From the NCBI RefSeq assembly GCF_009914755.1, contig NC_060928.1: a stretch of DNA of 64,000 nt. One strand, given 5' to 3'. The notes under the pieces are model-generated. The model saw only the letters and a list, made by a program, of their open reading frames with translations. It was not told the origin of the DNA and made no database searches. This document shows positions 1-12,886 of the stretch, in pieces. Within the stretch, counting starts at the first letter, position 1, and each line of letters starts with the position of its first letter. The stretch comes from the human T2T-CHM13v2.0 reference genome, Homo sapiens. A program made the position numbers and the translations under genes.

Positions 1-503
1 TTTTGACTTCTCTGTTCTGAATCTGTTCATTTCATGTCATAACAGATCACTTAGAACATGAAAAAGTAAGAGAAAGCAATTTAACAAAGGGGCAAAAATA
101 AAAAACCATACATTCTCAGAAATAAGCATGCAAACTTTATAACTTCTGAGAACACCACATTATCACATGACAGTGTACCAAGTGTCATTTGCAGTAATGA
201 TTTTGAGCCTTCAATAAAGGAGTATGTGTGCTCTCCTTAAGAAGAAAAAAATACTATATTTAGAAATAGTTTCAACTCATCTGGTTAATATAGCAGTTGC
301 AACACCTGAAGTGATGAGCTCAAATTTTCTGCAAAACACAGTTATGTGAAACACTATGTTACCTAAATATTTATTAGCCAATTTGTATTTATGCTTATTA
401 TGTTGAATTGTATATGGTTGCTAGTTTTACAAATATTATAAAATTTGGTAAACATTTTATGAATATTAACAATTATGTATTCAACCAAAATAATACTGAA
501 AGG

Positions 504-591
504 TTTTTTTTGTTTTTTGTTTTTTTTTCAAGTTCCAGGATACATGTGCAGGACGTGGAATTTTGTTACTTAGGTAAATAAATGTATGCCA
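504..591 (-). mobile_element. Very short L1PA 3'-end fragment with poly(A) tail (older L1PA)
   Basis: T-rich tract 504-528, then AAGTTCCAGGATACATGTGCAGGACGTG...TTTGTTAC.TAGGTAAA...TGCCA, the reverse complement of the L1PA 3' terminus. Confidence 0.85.
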
Positions 592-627
592 GGCCATACC
601 ACCCTGAACATGCCGGATCTTGTCTGA
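592..627 (+). pseudogene. 5S rRNA retro-fragment (about nt 7-42 of 5S rRNA)
   Basis: GGCCATACCACCCTGAACATGCCGGATCTTGTCTGA versus recalled 5S GGCCATACCACCCTGAACGCGCCCGATCTCGTCTGA: 32/36 identity, with mismatches mostly at CpGs. Confidence 0.9.
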
Positions 628-803
628 AACTTCTCTAAATGCAAGACAATACAAACTAGCAATGCCTTCTTCAAAAGCCAAACACACTTAAAGTTTTATG
701 AAAATAATTTTCATTTTGCTAATGTTTCATCAATGCTTCCTTCTTGCGTGGATAGCTTCATGATTCCAGAAACTCAAGAACATTAACTGAACAATCAACT
801 AAA

Positions 804-853
804 ACAGTGCAAGTAATGACTCCACAAGACAGCGCAAGTAATGACTCTATAGC
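804..853. repeat. 25-bp tandem duplication (2 copies)
   Basis: ACAGTGCAAGTAATGACTCCACAAG followed by ACAGCGCAAGTAATGACTCTATAGC. Confidence 0.85.
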
Positions 854-1736
854 CAATGGATAAATAAGAAAATGAGGTGATTATTTTAATTAGCAAATCT
901 ATTTGCAAAGGACCCTTCACGGATCCTCAAGTTTCTGTTTTGCCATGTTTAGTGCATTTCAATTGCAAATGTCAACAATTGCATTTTTTGGATTCTAATC
1001 TCCAGCAGCATAATAAATAATGTGCACTGCATTTGTCATTTTAAGATGACAGCACTCAGCGGTAAGAACCTAACAAACAAAACAAGCTAAAGAATCATTA
1101 AGTTTCAGTACGCAAGTGCCACCTTAACAAGTGATCATTGAAGTAATATTTTCTGCAATAAAACCCCTACAGTTGCTAATCATTGATGATAGCTGATGCT
1201 AGAAACCAAAAACAGATACACATCTTCAGTACATGAGATGGAATATAAGACAGAAAGTAAGTAAGGAGAAGGAAAAGGAGACAGAAAGAAACCTAATTAT
1301 ATCAGACACCCAGGAACTCTGAAATGAACTCGTTTCATCTCAGAGGAACATGAAGAAATATAGAGGAGTCAATTTAAATTTATTATCTGCCTGCTGCTGT
1401 TTCAGCTGCTGCTAACAGACGTTGCATAGAGAACCTATGGGGAGAACAGCATTTTTATATGTTCTCCTGGTAAGAAGCTGGGGTGAGGGTGTTGAGGATG
1501 AATGTAAATGTGAATATATGGTACTTCATCAGGACCAAGTTTTATGTTACCATCTCAAGGGAGCTAAGTAAAATAAAAGTTCAATGAATATTTGCTGAAT
1601 AAATAAATGATGCAGTGATTCCAAGACTCCCTAGAAATCCATTGTGTGGTTCAGTAGAGTCTAGTACTGAACCATCACCTCTCATCAGCAGTGGCAAGAA
1701 GAAATCTTTGTGTCAGGTAAAAGAAGAAACAATAGG

Positions 1737-2019
<283 letters not shown>

Positions 2020-2035
<16 letters not shown>

Positions 2036-2132
2036 GAAGAAGAGGAAGAAGAAAAGAAAAAGAAGAAGAAGAAGGAGAAGGAGAAGGAGAAGGAGAAGGA
2101 GAAGAGGAAAAAGAAGAAGAAGAAAAAAAAAA
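2020..2132 (+). repeat. Pure-purine tract: A16, then (GAA)n/(GAAGGA)n, derived from the Alu tail
   Basis: 113 nt containing only A and G. Confidence 0.95.
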
Positions 2133-2577
2133 CAGGGCTACTGCCAGTTATTTAATACCTTTTCTATATCTGCTAGCATCCACCAACTGGTGATAAGAGG
2201 GACTTCTTAATCTTAAAGGCTCCATTGAAACATGTCTCCACTTCTCTCTTACCCTCAGGAAGTATGCACTAGGCCAGTTGCGTTCAATACCACATACAGA
2301 GTTTTCCATCATAAGTACAGTACATATTTCTCCAATTTTTTTCATGTAAAATATAAATTGAAAAAAAAATCAGTGCAACAAAAGAAAATATTCAAAATCC
2401 AAAGACAAGTGGAGCCTCAGAGCAAATAGATGTTAAGAAAATCCAAGCTAGACTCTGCCTTCTTGATTTTCATATCTAAGTGATAGAAAACTTTTTTCTT
2501 ATTTTGTTTTATTTTCTTTATTTGTTTTACAGTAAAAGAGAATGACTCGGAGCTGTTGTTTTTTTTCCCCCATTCTG

Positions 2578-3135
2578 TTTTTTTTCTTTTTTTTTTTTTC
2601 ATTGTACTTTAATTTCTAGGGTACATGTGCACAACGTGCAGGTTTGTTACATATGTATACATGTGCCATGTTGGTGTGCTGCACCCATTAACTCGTCATT
2701 TACATTAGGTATATCTCCTAATGCTATCCCTCCCCCCTCCCCCACCCCACAACAGGCCCCAGTGTGTGATGGTCCCCTTCCTGTGTCCAAGTGTTCTCAT
2801 TGTTCAATTCCCACCTATGCGGTGTTTGTTTTTTTGTCCTTGCGATACTTTGCTGAGAATGATGGTTTCCAGCTTCATCCATGTCCCTACAAAGGACATG
2901 AACTAGTCCTTTATTATGGCTGCATAGTATTCCATGGTGTATATGTGTCACATTTTCTGAATCCAGTCTATCATGATGGACATTTGGGTTGGTTCCAAGT
3001 CTTTGCTATTGTGAATAGTGCCACAGTAAACATACATGTGCATGTGTCTTTATAGCAGCTTGATTTATAATCCTTTGGGTATATACCCAGTAATGGGATG
3101 GCTGAGTCAAATGGTATTTCTAGTTCTAGATTCCT
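2578..3135 (-). mobile_element. 5'-truncated L1PA 3' end (L1PA4-like)
   Basis: Poly(T), then TCTAGGGTACATGTGCACAACGTGCAGGTTTGTTAC...; continues as L1 3'UTR/ORF2-end antisense to GGTATTTCTAGTTCTAGA. Confidence 0.95.
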
Positions 3136-3231
3136 TGTTCTTTAACACTAGAGCCTTAGTTCGGAGTTTGGTTAAACTGTTCAGTGAGCTAACTCCAACG
3201 TTTACATAGAAAGTACTTTTTCCGTGAAAAC

Positions 3232-3345
3232 AGTGTGATGTAATGACCTAAAAGTAGAGATTCAGTGACAGATCACCTGGATTTCCACTCTAATGCTGCC
3301 TTTAATGGCTGTGTAATAATGGCCAAGTTACTTAACTTGTCACCA
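3232..3345 (+). mobile_element. MIR fragment
   Basis: Degenerate MIR core (…GCTGTGTAATAATGGCCAAGTTACTTAAC). Confidence 0.6.
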
Positions 3346-6289
3346 AAAGATTATGTATGATTATTTCTGCATTCAGGGGATCTACAGTAATTTATGTTTT
3401 CTAGTTTATGTTTTATTTTTCTGATTTCTATAATTCCTATAGTGAACAAATTTTAAAAAAATAAGAAGAAAGAAACTTCAATTGGTGACAAGGTATCAAG
3501 TAAAAATGAACATTAAATGAAGCACCACCTTAAATGCTACACTTTACAAAGTTCGACTTCAGCTATAATCAACATAGTTTCTAATTTTAATCAGTTAATG
3601 GAAAGCATAAATCAGCCACTCAATTTTTGCTTATAAGTAATTTCTGGGGGCAAGTATATATCAGAGTTGAAGTTCTTGATCAACTAACTAAAAAATCACA
3701 TAAAAATTCTCCCACCTTCTCATTATCAAACACTATTTGGTTTTCATAATTGCAGTGTTGAGCTCTGACCTACAGATAATGTTCTGATACATCCAATAAT
3801 ACTTTTGCTGCTACATCAATAAAACATGGTTGTAAACTCAGCACTTGCCATTCACATGGCTAACACAATTATGCCCGTCTCCATAATAATACACCAACAT
3901 AAAATCATCCTCATGGCTACATTAAAGTTAATTTCCTCCAAATTATATGCTGTGTTCATAAGACATGACTGTGCATTTAGACAGTGCTTACCTGTTAAGG
4001 GGCTCTGAACACTGCCTGTGTGTATGTTCTATTTATGTGTATACATCACTGATGCAAAAAGAGACAGCCTTTTATTTCAAAGGTATCTATGTTCTGATTT
4101 GCACTAAAAACTTAGACTCCTTAAGATCATAAATTTCATATTCAATCATAGTACCATTCTATTGAGCTCATTATTCAGTCTTTCACCAGTACAAACAAGA
4201 ACTATTTTATGGAAAGCCATTCATTTATTCAATCTACTGCTAGTGCTAAAGAAAGCTGTAAAAGTAAATCTAAGCCAGCTCTGCATTTTGGGATGTCACA
4301 GCTCAACTGGGAAGAGAGGTATGAAAACAATTCCAGTGTATGCAGGGCTGTTATAGCCACACTTTAGGCATGTGAGGCGGGGGAGATAGGGAAGAAAGAA
4401 AATGTGTTCAGGGTAGGCGTTACTAAAAAGAATTTGCAATGAGTTTCAGGAAATGAGTAGGTTTTTGGCCACTGGGTAGGAGAGAAAACAAGGAAATCCC
4501 ACATTCTAAAGAGAAACAGAATACCTGAACAGCAGAGACATGAATGAGCAAGGAGAGAAAATGACATTGTAAGAAAAATGCTCCCTTTTCCTCAGCCAAA
4601 AGTTTTCTTACTTTCAGTTAGGATATGCAGATTTAATTCAACACGTCATTTGGGCAACCACTAGAATTTTCAATTGAGAAGAGAGAAATCACAAGTCAAT
4701 TCAAATTATAAAAGCAAATTTGGCAAGATCATATGGTTACTGCCGTGCTAGAGGGAGCGGATGGGTATCTGGTTCTCTTTGATGTGGCCTGTTACAGCTT
4801 TGTGAGTCCTTGCTAAAATGTATTATTGCTGCCATTTTACTGTGCATATTACGTTCTGCTCTTTCCACATCCTATGGTAATATTTTTGTGCCACTCTATG
4901 GTTAAACATAATTTTAACTATTGCGACTATATATGCATTGGCAATTCAGTATGTGTAACCTTCAAGGGAATAGTTTTAAAAAGATTCTCCGTGTTAACAA
5001 CATGGTAAGGAAAGTGAGGTCTTCAGACAAAAACAAACAAACAAAAAACAGAAGTTCCATAAGGATTCTCACTGTCTATCTACCTAGACATTTGTTTTAC
5101 ATATATTTCTACAGAATAAAATTTAACAATATAGAAAGATCTAATGGGTCTATGAAAAGATTTGCTGCCACTGTCCCCAATCCTATTCATTTTCTCCAAG
5201 ATATGATTTCACATAGATGATATAAGTTCTTCGGGCATGTGGACTCAGATTTCACTTACTAAAAACAAAACAACAGTAAAATAAAATCTGTGATGCTGCT
5301 AAAATTCATATATTTCCCAAATTTGAAGACCCTCCTTTGAGTGGACAGGGTCCCCAGGACCCATATTAGAAAAGAAGAGCTTTTAGAGAATATTTTGCTA
5401 ATATTCACTGCTGCTTCTCCTTTTTTTGTGTGCAGCAACCTCACTTCTGATGAGCTTTTAAACCCATAGCCAGCTAAATCACATGTTAGGCCTTCACCTA
5501 GTATATTTACCCATCATCTCTTTCCAGTAATGTACAGCTTGCCTAAAATGATGTAAAGAAGAAATATTGAGTTCAGTATGGCTAGTGGAGACGTGGTTTG
5601 TAGGAAAACATAGGAGACAAGGTTAAAAAAGCACAAAGAACTCACAACAAATGGCTCAGAAAAAGAAAGTTTGGTGTCACATGGGAGCTCAGTCATACAT
5701 GGTTAAGGAATTAATACACGTAAATTCCTAGCCATACACATACACATAATCTATCCTCAAAGGTATGTGCAAGGCTCTTCCTAGCCTTTAGATCAACTCA
5801 AAAAGGAGAAACTTTGATATAATAAATTTCTCAGGGATTATCTGGTTGTGATCTATTTAATACAAATGAGTCTGGACTATGAAAAACACAGTTTTCCTTG
5901 AGTTTAGATTTTTAGGGCCTTCTCTCTGTAGGGCATTAAGGCCTCACAGGGTCATGATCATTTTATAATCTTTAGGAAAAGAGCCAAGCACATTCCTCAG
6001 CCAATTTTATATGCAGGCCTTATAGCAGAGGGGGAGGAGCAATTCTACAACTTGCAGAAGACTCAGGGAAGATTGTCAGGATGGGAGAATGCCATATGAG
6101 TTGGAGAGAAGGCTCCAAGCAGGTCCTGAATCAGAATAGAACCTACATGAATGATGGTACATGGTCAAGGATTTGCAGATTTGGATTTGTACATCTCTAT
6201 CTCTTTTATCAAACACAACTGGTCAAACTATCACAGAGCATAGACAATGAGGTGTCTAAGAAAGATCCCTGAGAGCCAATGAGGTACAG

Positions 6290-6490
6290 ACTAAGAGAAT
6301 GGGTTTTGAAGTCATGTAAACAAAAGTCTGAACTCCAGCTTTCCAATTTACTAGTTATTCACCCACAAAATATTTTCTTGGCCTCTCTGAGTCTCAAAGC
6401 CATCTATATAACCCTAAAATATTGTGGGAAAAAAGTTACAAATAATACAAGTGAGATATTTGGCATGTGTTTGACATTCAACATGTATGA
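6290..6490 (+). mobile_element. MIR fragment
   Basis: AAGAGAATGGGTTTTGAAGTCA…CTCTCTGAGTCTCA pattern typical of MIR. Confidence 0.5.
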
Positions 6491-6564
6491 ACTATTATTA
6501 CATGAACATCATCTAGGAATGTAAGTGAGTTACAACACTAAAGTGCAATATTTCTGCATGTTGC

Positions 6565-6606
6565 TTGCGGAGCAATTCATCACTTTGTGGAGCAATTCAT
6601 CACTTT
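6565..6606. repeat. 20-bp tandem duplication
   Basis: TTGCGGAGCAATTCATCACT then TTGTGGAGCAATTCATCACT (one C>T at a CpG). Confidence 0.9.
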
Positions 6607-8719
6607 ACATAGGCTCAGTGAGGGCCTTTTTTTTTTTTAACCTCTTCAGTATCTTTAAATCTTTAAAGTTCTGAAAAAAATACCGTATTTCCCTCTGTTG
6701 GTCTAAAAGTTACTATTAAATTCTTGGATTTCACATATAATTTTATGCTCATTTAGTAAATACATGCACTTTACACATAACTTTTCAAAGTATTATCATT
6801 TTGAAGTGAAGAGATGATGGAGACTGAAAGGTTCCATTAAATATCTTCTGCTCAGTGAAGAAAGAGACAGCTTGCAGGGCATGCTTAAGAGACCCAAGGA
6901 GTGTGTGACAGTCTGCAGCATAACAGACCTAACCATACAGTATCCAAAGGTCTTTGGACTTCTAGCCTGACATTCTCTTTCCTACATTATCTTTTGAGCT
7001 TCCTCTACTCAGTCCTTACTCTTTCCTTTCTGGAGTTGCTTTGTAAACACTTTAGCTTCACAGAAGTTCCTGTGAGATGTCAAAATATTCCATCTCTCTA
7101 TTTAATCAGTCTGACTTTGCGTCTAAACCTAGTAAATTTGGGATATTATTTGTTTGACACCTCTGCCTTCACAAACCTATGATTCCTAATATTCTTGGTT
7201 AAGGCATCACAGATGCCTTTTAAACCAATCATTCTTCATCAAAACACAAATCCAGAAAATCAGACTTCTTAGTAAATATTTCAAAACTTCCTATACAAAA
7301 AAATCCCCAGCTCCCTTTCTTTTCTTAGACTTCCTGTCACAACATTCACACCATTTGTGAATAACAGTCTGGAGCTGGTGTGTTAGAGTCAGGCTGAAAA
7401 ATTGGATACCTCAGATGTACTTCGAAGTCATCCATAAAATACTCAATGGAGAAGAGGCAAGGAAACCCATTGGTTACAAAGGCAGCAAAACGAAGTAAGG
7501 CCACTGCCAGTGGATCATGAGAAAAGACAAGAGACATTCAAAGACACAATTGCTATCTATGATGCATCTGGCTCTGGCAGAATGATAGACATAAGCCTTC
7601 AGCTCTGAGAGATGGAGAGGATTACTGCTTTGGAATAAGGCCCTGTAATCTTTGCATTAGTATATCTGAAGCAAATGACCTTATTATTTTGATATTCTAC
7701 CTTACCTTCTCTGTAACTGAAAATAGAGGACACCAAAACAACTTTGTTTGGCAATATTTTTCTTCTTCATTAGTGTTTATTTCCCCTTAGAACAGTTCAA
7801 CATTAACTGTTAAATTCTGATGAAGACTGTTTTATTCTTGGTGATTTCAAGTTACAAGAAAAGCACCTGGCACATAGCAGGTATATAATAAATGTTATAA
7901 AATTGATTTAATAATTAATTAATTATCAGGCCTCTTCTGCCCTAAAAGAGAGATGGCACTCTAAAAAGAAGAAAATAAATTATGTTTCTGGAAGAGTAAA
8001 GTGAAAGGAAATCTATCACTGATGTGTGCTGCTTTGGCAATATGTGTTTTCTTAATCTACAGCAAACAAATGTTATATAGGTTAGAGGTATACATATGGA
8101 AATAGCTCAATTCCTATCAAGTTTATTTGCCTAGAATCTATACAGTAGGAAGTCTAAGGATAGCAATATTGTGTCTCATAACTTCATTAATTTTGATGCT
8201 TAGCTCCAAAGCAACTGGGACATCAGTGTACTGTTAGCCTGGAGATGTTTACTTCTCCTTTCAGCCTCCTCATGGATAAATAACAAATCAGTACTACTGA
8301 AATGAGTTGCTTCTGGGGCAAGCAATGAAGCAGTTGTTCCCTCAGTAGCCAGCTCCAACAGCCTTTACAGTCTCTCAAAGAGGCATGTCTTCTGCTTACT
8401 AATAAACTGTATTTTAAGCTGCCAAAAAAGCAGCATATGAAACACTAAATGTGAAAGTGCCTAGGCATAAAGATAAGTCTCACGTAGCAGAGGAGGGTGA
8501 GTAATTTTTCCCTAACTATGGGATGACCTAGAGCACAAGTTAGAAAAATCGTAACAAGACAGAAATTCGAAACCTAGGAATGTGTTCAAATGGTCCTGGA
8601 GAACATTGTCATTTAGGCCAGCAACAATTTGAGTCCTGCTTTCAGGAAATGTTTGCTAAGACCTTAAGATTAGATTCCACGTCCCTGTGAATACCCTTAT
8701 CTCCTCATGTTTTCAGAAA

Positions 8720-8885
8720 TAAATCATTTATCACTCTGCACTGTAATTGCTTCTTTAATTGTCTGCTTCCCTCCCCAAATGTTTGCTCACTGAGAAAATA
8801 TCCTGTTCACCACCATTTATACAGTGGCTAGCACAGTGCCCGACACAAAGTAGATAAGCAATATATATGGCTTCAATCGATGGAT
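8720..8885 (+). mobile_element. L2 3'-end fragment
   Basis: …CTAGCACAGTGCCCGACACAAAGTAGATAAGCAATA… resembles the L2 3' terminus. Confidence 0.6.
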
Positions 8886-9148
8886 CAATCCTGATTTGTG
8901 TCAATCATACATAAGAACATAGCTATAAATTCTCAATTATCTTTCTGTAGATTTGGGAAAGTAGATTCTTCCATTATTATGAGGGGAAATCTATTTCCCC
9001 CTAGCCATAAGCTCAATCTGTCTAGGGAAGGGGAATCTACATGTTTGGCACTACACAGTGCAAAAATTATGGTAATCTGATAACTTATTTCTCAAATGTT
9101 TTGTTGGTTAGTACTCTAGAATACTGAAACACATAGAGTGGTCACATG

Positions 9149-9574
9149 TGCCATGTATACTCTAAATGTGTTCCTCCAAAATTCATGTTAGGATCAAACA
9201 CCCAATGTGATAGTATTAAGACATGGGACCTTTAAGAAATGATTAAGTCATGAGGACTCTTCCTTTCTGAACAGGAATTGTGCCCTTATACAACGTTTGA
9301 AGGAGTATGCCTTTCTCTCTTCTGTCCTTCTACCATGTGAGGACATAATCTTCATTCTTTCCACCATGTGAGGACACAGTCTTCATTCCTCCCACCATGT
9401 GAGGACACAGCAAGAAAGTACTATCTTAGAAACAGACAGCAGCCCTCAAAAGACACAAAATCTTCTGGTGCCTTGGTCTTGGACTTGCCAGCCTCCAGAA
9501 CCATAAGGAGTAAATTATATATAATTTATCCAATCTGTGTTGTTTTGTTACAGCAGCACAAACAGACCAAGACA
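9149..9574 (+). mobile_element. MaLR solo LTR (MSTD-like) with internal 31-bp triplication
   Basis: TG…CA termini; CCAATGTGATAGTATTAAGA, CCATGTGAGGACACAG, GGACTTGCCAGCCTCCAGAAC and AGCAGCACAAACAGACCAAGACA motifs. Confidence 0.85.
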
Positions 9575-9602
9575 ATACCCTACATTTAAAATGGTTATTT
9601 GT

Positions 9603-9937
<335 letters not shown>

Positions 9938-10099
9938 TCAGAATATTTTTCAGAACAGCAGCCTACACACAAGCCACGACCTAAAATGCAACTAATAAAC
10001 AGGCCAGGCATTTCTTGCACACTTTTTCACATAGTATCTAATACTACACTGTACTAGTTTTGCTCCTACCCAAATGACTTACACTTTCTGTCTTCTGGA

Positions 10100-11190
10100 C
10101 TCCTGTCTTTCAAATCTCAGCCTCTTTTCTTCTCCATCTACACCTGCTTTCCAGGTAATTCCATCTCAGTAAACAATGACAATTTCCAAATTTAAATCTC
10201 CAGCCTGAGTCTCTTCCCTGAACTCTAGACTCATGTATCAACACAGCCAATTGGATGTATAAGGAGCATCTCAAAACTAACCAAACTCCAAATCTCCTTT
10301 CCTCAACTCTGTTCCATAAAGTCTTTCTTATCTCTGTAAATGGCAATACCCTTCTCCCAGGTGCTCAGGTTAAGTCAAATAAGGCGTTTTCCTCCCACTC
10401 CACATCGAGTCCATCAGCAAATGGTGTTGGCTCAATGTTCATAATTGAAGTACTTCCCACCACTGCCACCCCAGAACTGCAGGCCAAGCTGCTGTGATTT
10501 ATGGCCTATTTATTGCAGTAGCCTCTTCACTAGGTGTCTGCTTCTGCCCTTGCTGCCTTACAGTCTAGTCTTAATGCAATAACCAGAGTGATCCTTTTAA
10601 AACATAATTCAAATCATGCCACACCTCTGCTCAAGTCTCTCCAATGACTACCCATTCCATTTGAGGAAAAAGCACTTAAACCACCCACATCATTTTTTTC
10701 TCTGTTTCCTCTCTGACCTCATCTGAACTACTGGCCTCTTCTTCACTCTGGATCACACAGATATGATGCTCTTTTAAAAGACTCAACATGCCTTCCTCAG
10801 GAGTTTGCCTTTGAGGATCCTCCCCTGGGGAAGCCCTTCTTAAGGAGATCTCTATGTCTCATTGTCTTACCACCCCTCAAATCTTAGCTCAAGATTCAAC
10901 TTTTCAATGAGACTTTCCAAGACCACCCTATTAAAAATAAATTTCCTCACACTGGATTCTTCTCTTTCCCTTCTTTGGTTTATTTTACTCCACAGTTTCT
11001 TCCAATATGATGCCACATATATACACACTCATGCATTCGTGTGAGCATGCACACATGCACGCTTGTTCCTTGCATTTATTTCTTGGCAAATAATGTCTCT
11101 TTGCAAATAATGATATCTCTCCTCCAGAACCTAAACTCCATGATGCACAGACTTTTATCTTTGTGCTAAGTGCTTAAATCTGAGCACCTT
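10100..11190 (+). mobile_element. L2 (L2a-like) 3' region
   Basis: CCAAATTTAAATCTCCAGCCTGAG…CCTGAACTCTAGACTCATGTATC…CCAGAGTGATCCTTTTAAAACATAA motifs. Confidence 0.8.
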
Positions 11191-12886
11191 CTACAGGGTT
11201 TTCCCTACCCATACTGAATACAATTTTAATGAAAAAAATACAGATGTATATTTGAATAGGAATCATTTGGGGTCTAGGTTGCCTTTTGCTTAGTCACTTT
11301 CCACCAACAATATCCTACTAGACACAGAATCTTCTTATTTCATTATTAGAAACACTTTTGCATTCAGTTTACCAGGCTTAACATAAATTAAAAAGGAACA
11401 AGGAATACACCAGTGACTACTTAGAATAGATGCCACTATAAATTTTCTGGCCCTAGTACTAATCTAGGTAATATAATTTGTTGGAAGCATATTATTATTC
11501 GAGAAGCAATTATTTCAGCTAAGATGCAAGACTTCTGTGACGAGAATTTCACCATGTCCTTTCACATAAATGCACAGTAAAAGATTTTTGCTGTGTTCTA
11601 TGGAGCCTCAAGTGTTTTTTAAATGAAAAAGATGCATGAAATAAATTAGTAATACTTCTGTGAATGAAAAGAATTAATACAAGAATTCTAAAAGCAAAGG
11701 TATGCCTCTGCTTCATTCCCATGAATGTTTCCTATAAGTTTACATGTGAAACAGAACTCTGCAAATTTTAATTTTAATCAAGAAACTAAGTTGACAGTTT
11801 TTATTTAAAAATGAAATATATATTTCACACACTAAGTTTTCTAATTTCATTTGAATCTTTTACAAAACATAAAAGTATTTTATAATATATGGCACATTAC
11901 AAAACTTGTCTTGTTTGGAAAGTATTTAATGCATAAAGTTTAATAAATCATAAATCAGATATGATGTGTGACTCATTAATAACAATTGGTTTGGAAAACT
12001 CTCCCTGAAGCACAAATTGTTGGCTTGCTTCCCAATATCACTGTTCAATCAACAGTGATTGAAGAATCACTGTTCTTCAATGCCTGAAGCTCAATGTCTA
12101 AAAACAGTTATTTTATGGTTTTGCTTGTTCATCATTTGTTTCAGGTGGGAGGTAAATCTGGTTCCTTGCTGGAAGAAGATGTCAAAAATATTCAGTATTG
12201 CAACACGGATATATTATTATTTAGAAATGAATAAAATAAAATAAGTGCCTGGCTCAGTATCACCCAGTGATTAAATTGGGAAAGGGAGAGATCAACAGCC
12301 ACATCCCAGATCTTAAACACAGTAATACTCTGCTTCTTCTTAAACCCTCATTAACATTTGCAACTTAATATTATAATTTTTCAAATTAAAACCTCCTTTT
12401 TCTAGACTCTGACCTCCTTGGAGGAAATAGTTCCGTGTTGTGTTTCACTCTAAGTCCATGTATAGCCCAGTGTTGGTGCACACTCAGGACATGCTCAGGA
12501 ATGAATGACAGCAGGTAAGCGAGCTGCTTACTGGGCTGGTTCTGGCAAAGCACAAAATCATGCCAGTGACGGCCAGACAGGATATATATTGGGGGTGAGG
12601 TCTTTGCAAGGAAGGCTACGAGGCTTGGAGATATTAATATACCATAATGAAAAATAAGTTTCATGAGGGAAAAAAATTAATAAAACATTGTAATGGGTAA
12701 AGGGGATGTAGGAGTCACGGATGTGCCAGCCAACTTTATTTAGATATCTGCTAAGTGGAAATGTTATTTTGATTCAGATTTACTCTGAAATGGGCATCTG
12801 TTCAGGATCACAAACTTATACGCTGGAAGAAATTACTACATAGGTCACTTGATCCTGGTTATTGTGCAAATTAAGAGTCGATTCTA

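Noticed and set aside
592-627. Functional 5S rRNA gene
   Set aside because: Only 36 nt; lacks the internal control region (boxes A, IE, C) and the 3' part.
2627-3055. 142-aa ORF
   Set aside because: Antisense translation of an L1 3' end.
4967-5004. Plus-strand ATG|gtaagg start-exon candidate
   Set aside because: Weak acceptor and no promoter-like context.
7329-7494. Plus-strand exon-like segment (tttcttttcttag| … GAA|gtaagg)
   Set aside because: Stops in all frames and no other support; indistinguishable from a pseudo-exon.
9330-9410. Regularly spaced direct repeats resembling a CRISPR array
   Set aside because: Eukaryotic DNA; the spacers are near-identical, so it is a tandem duplication inside an LTR.
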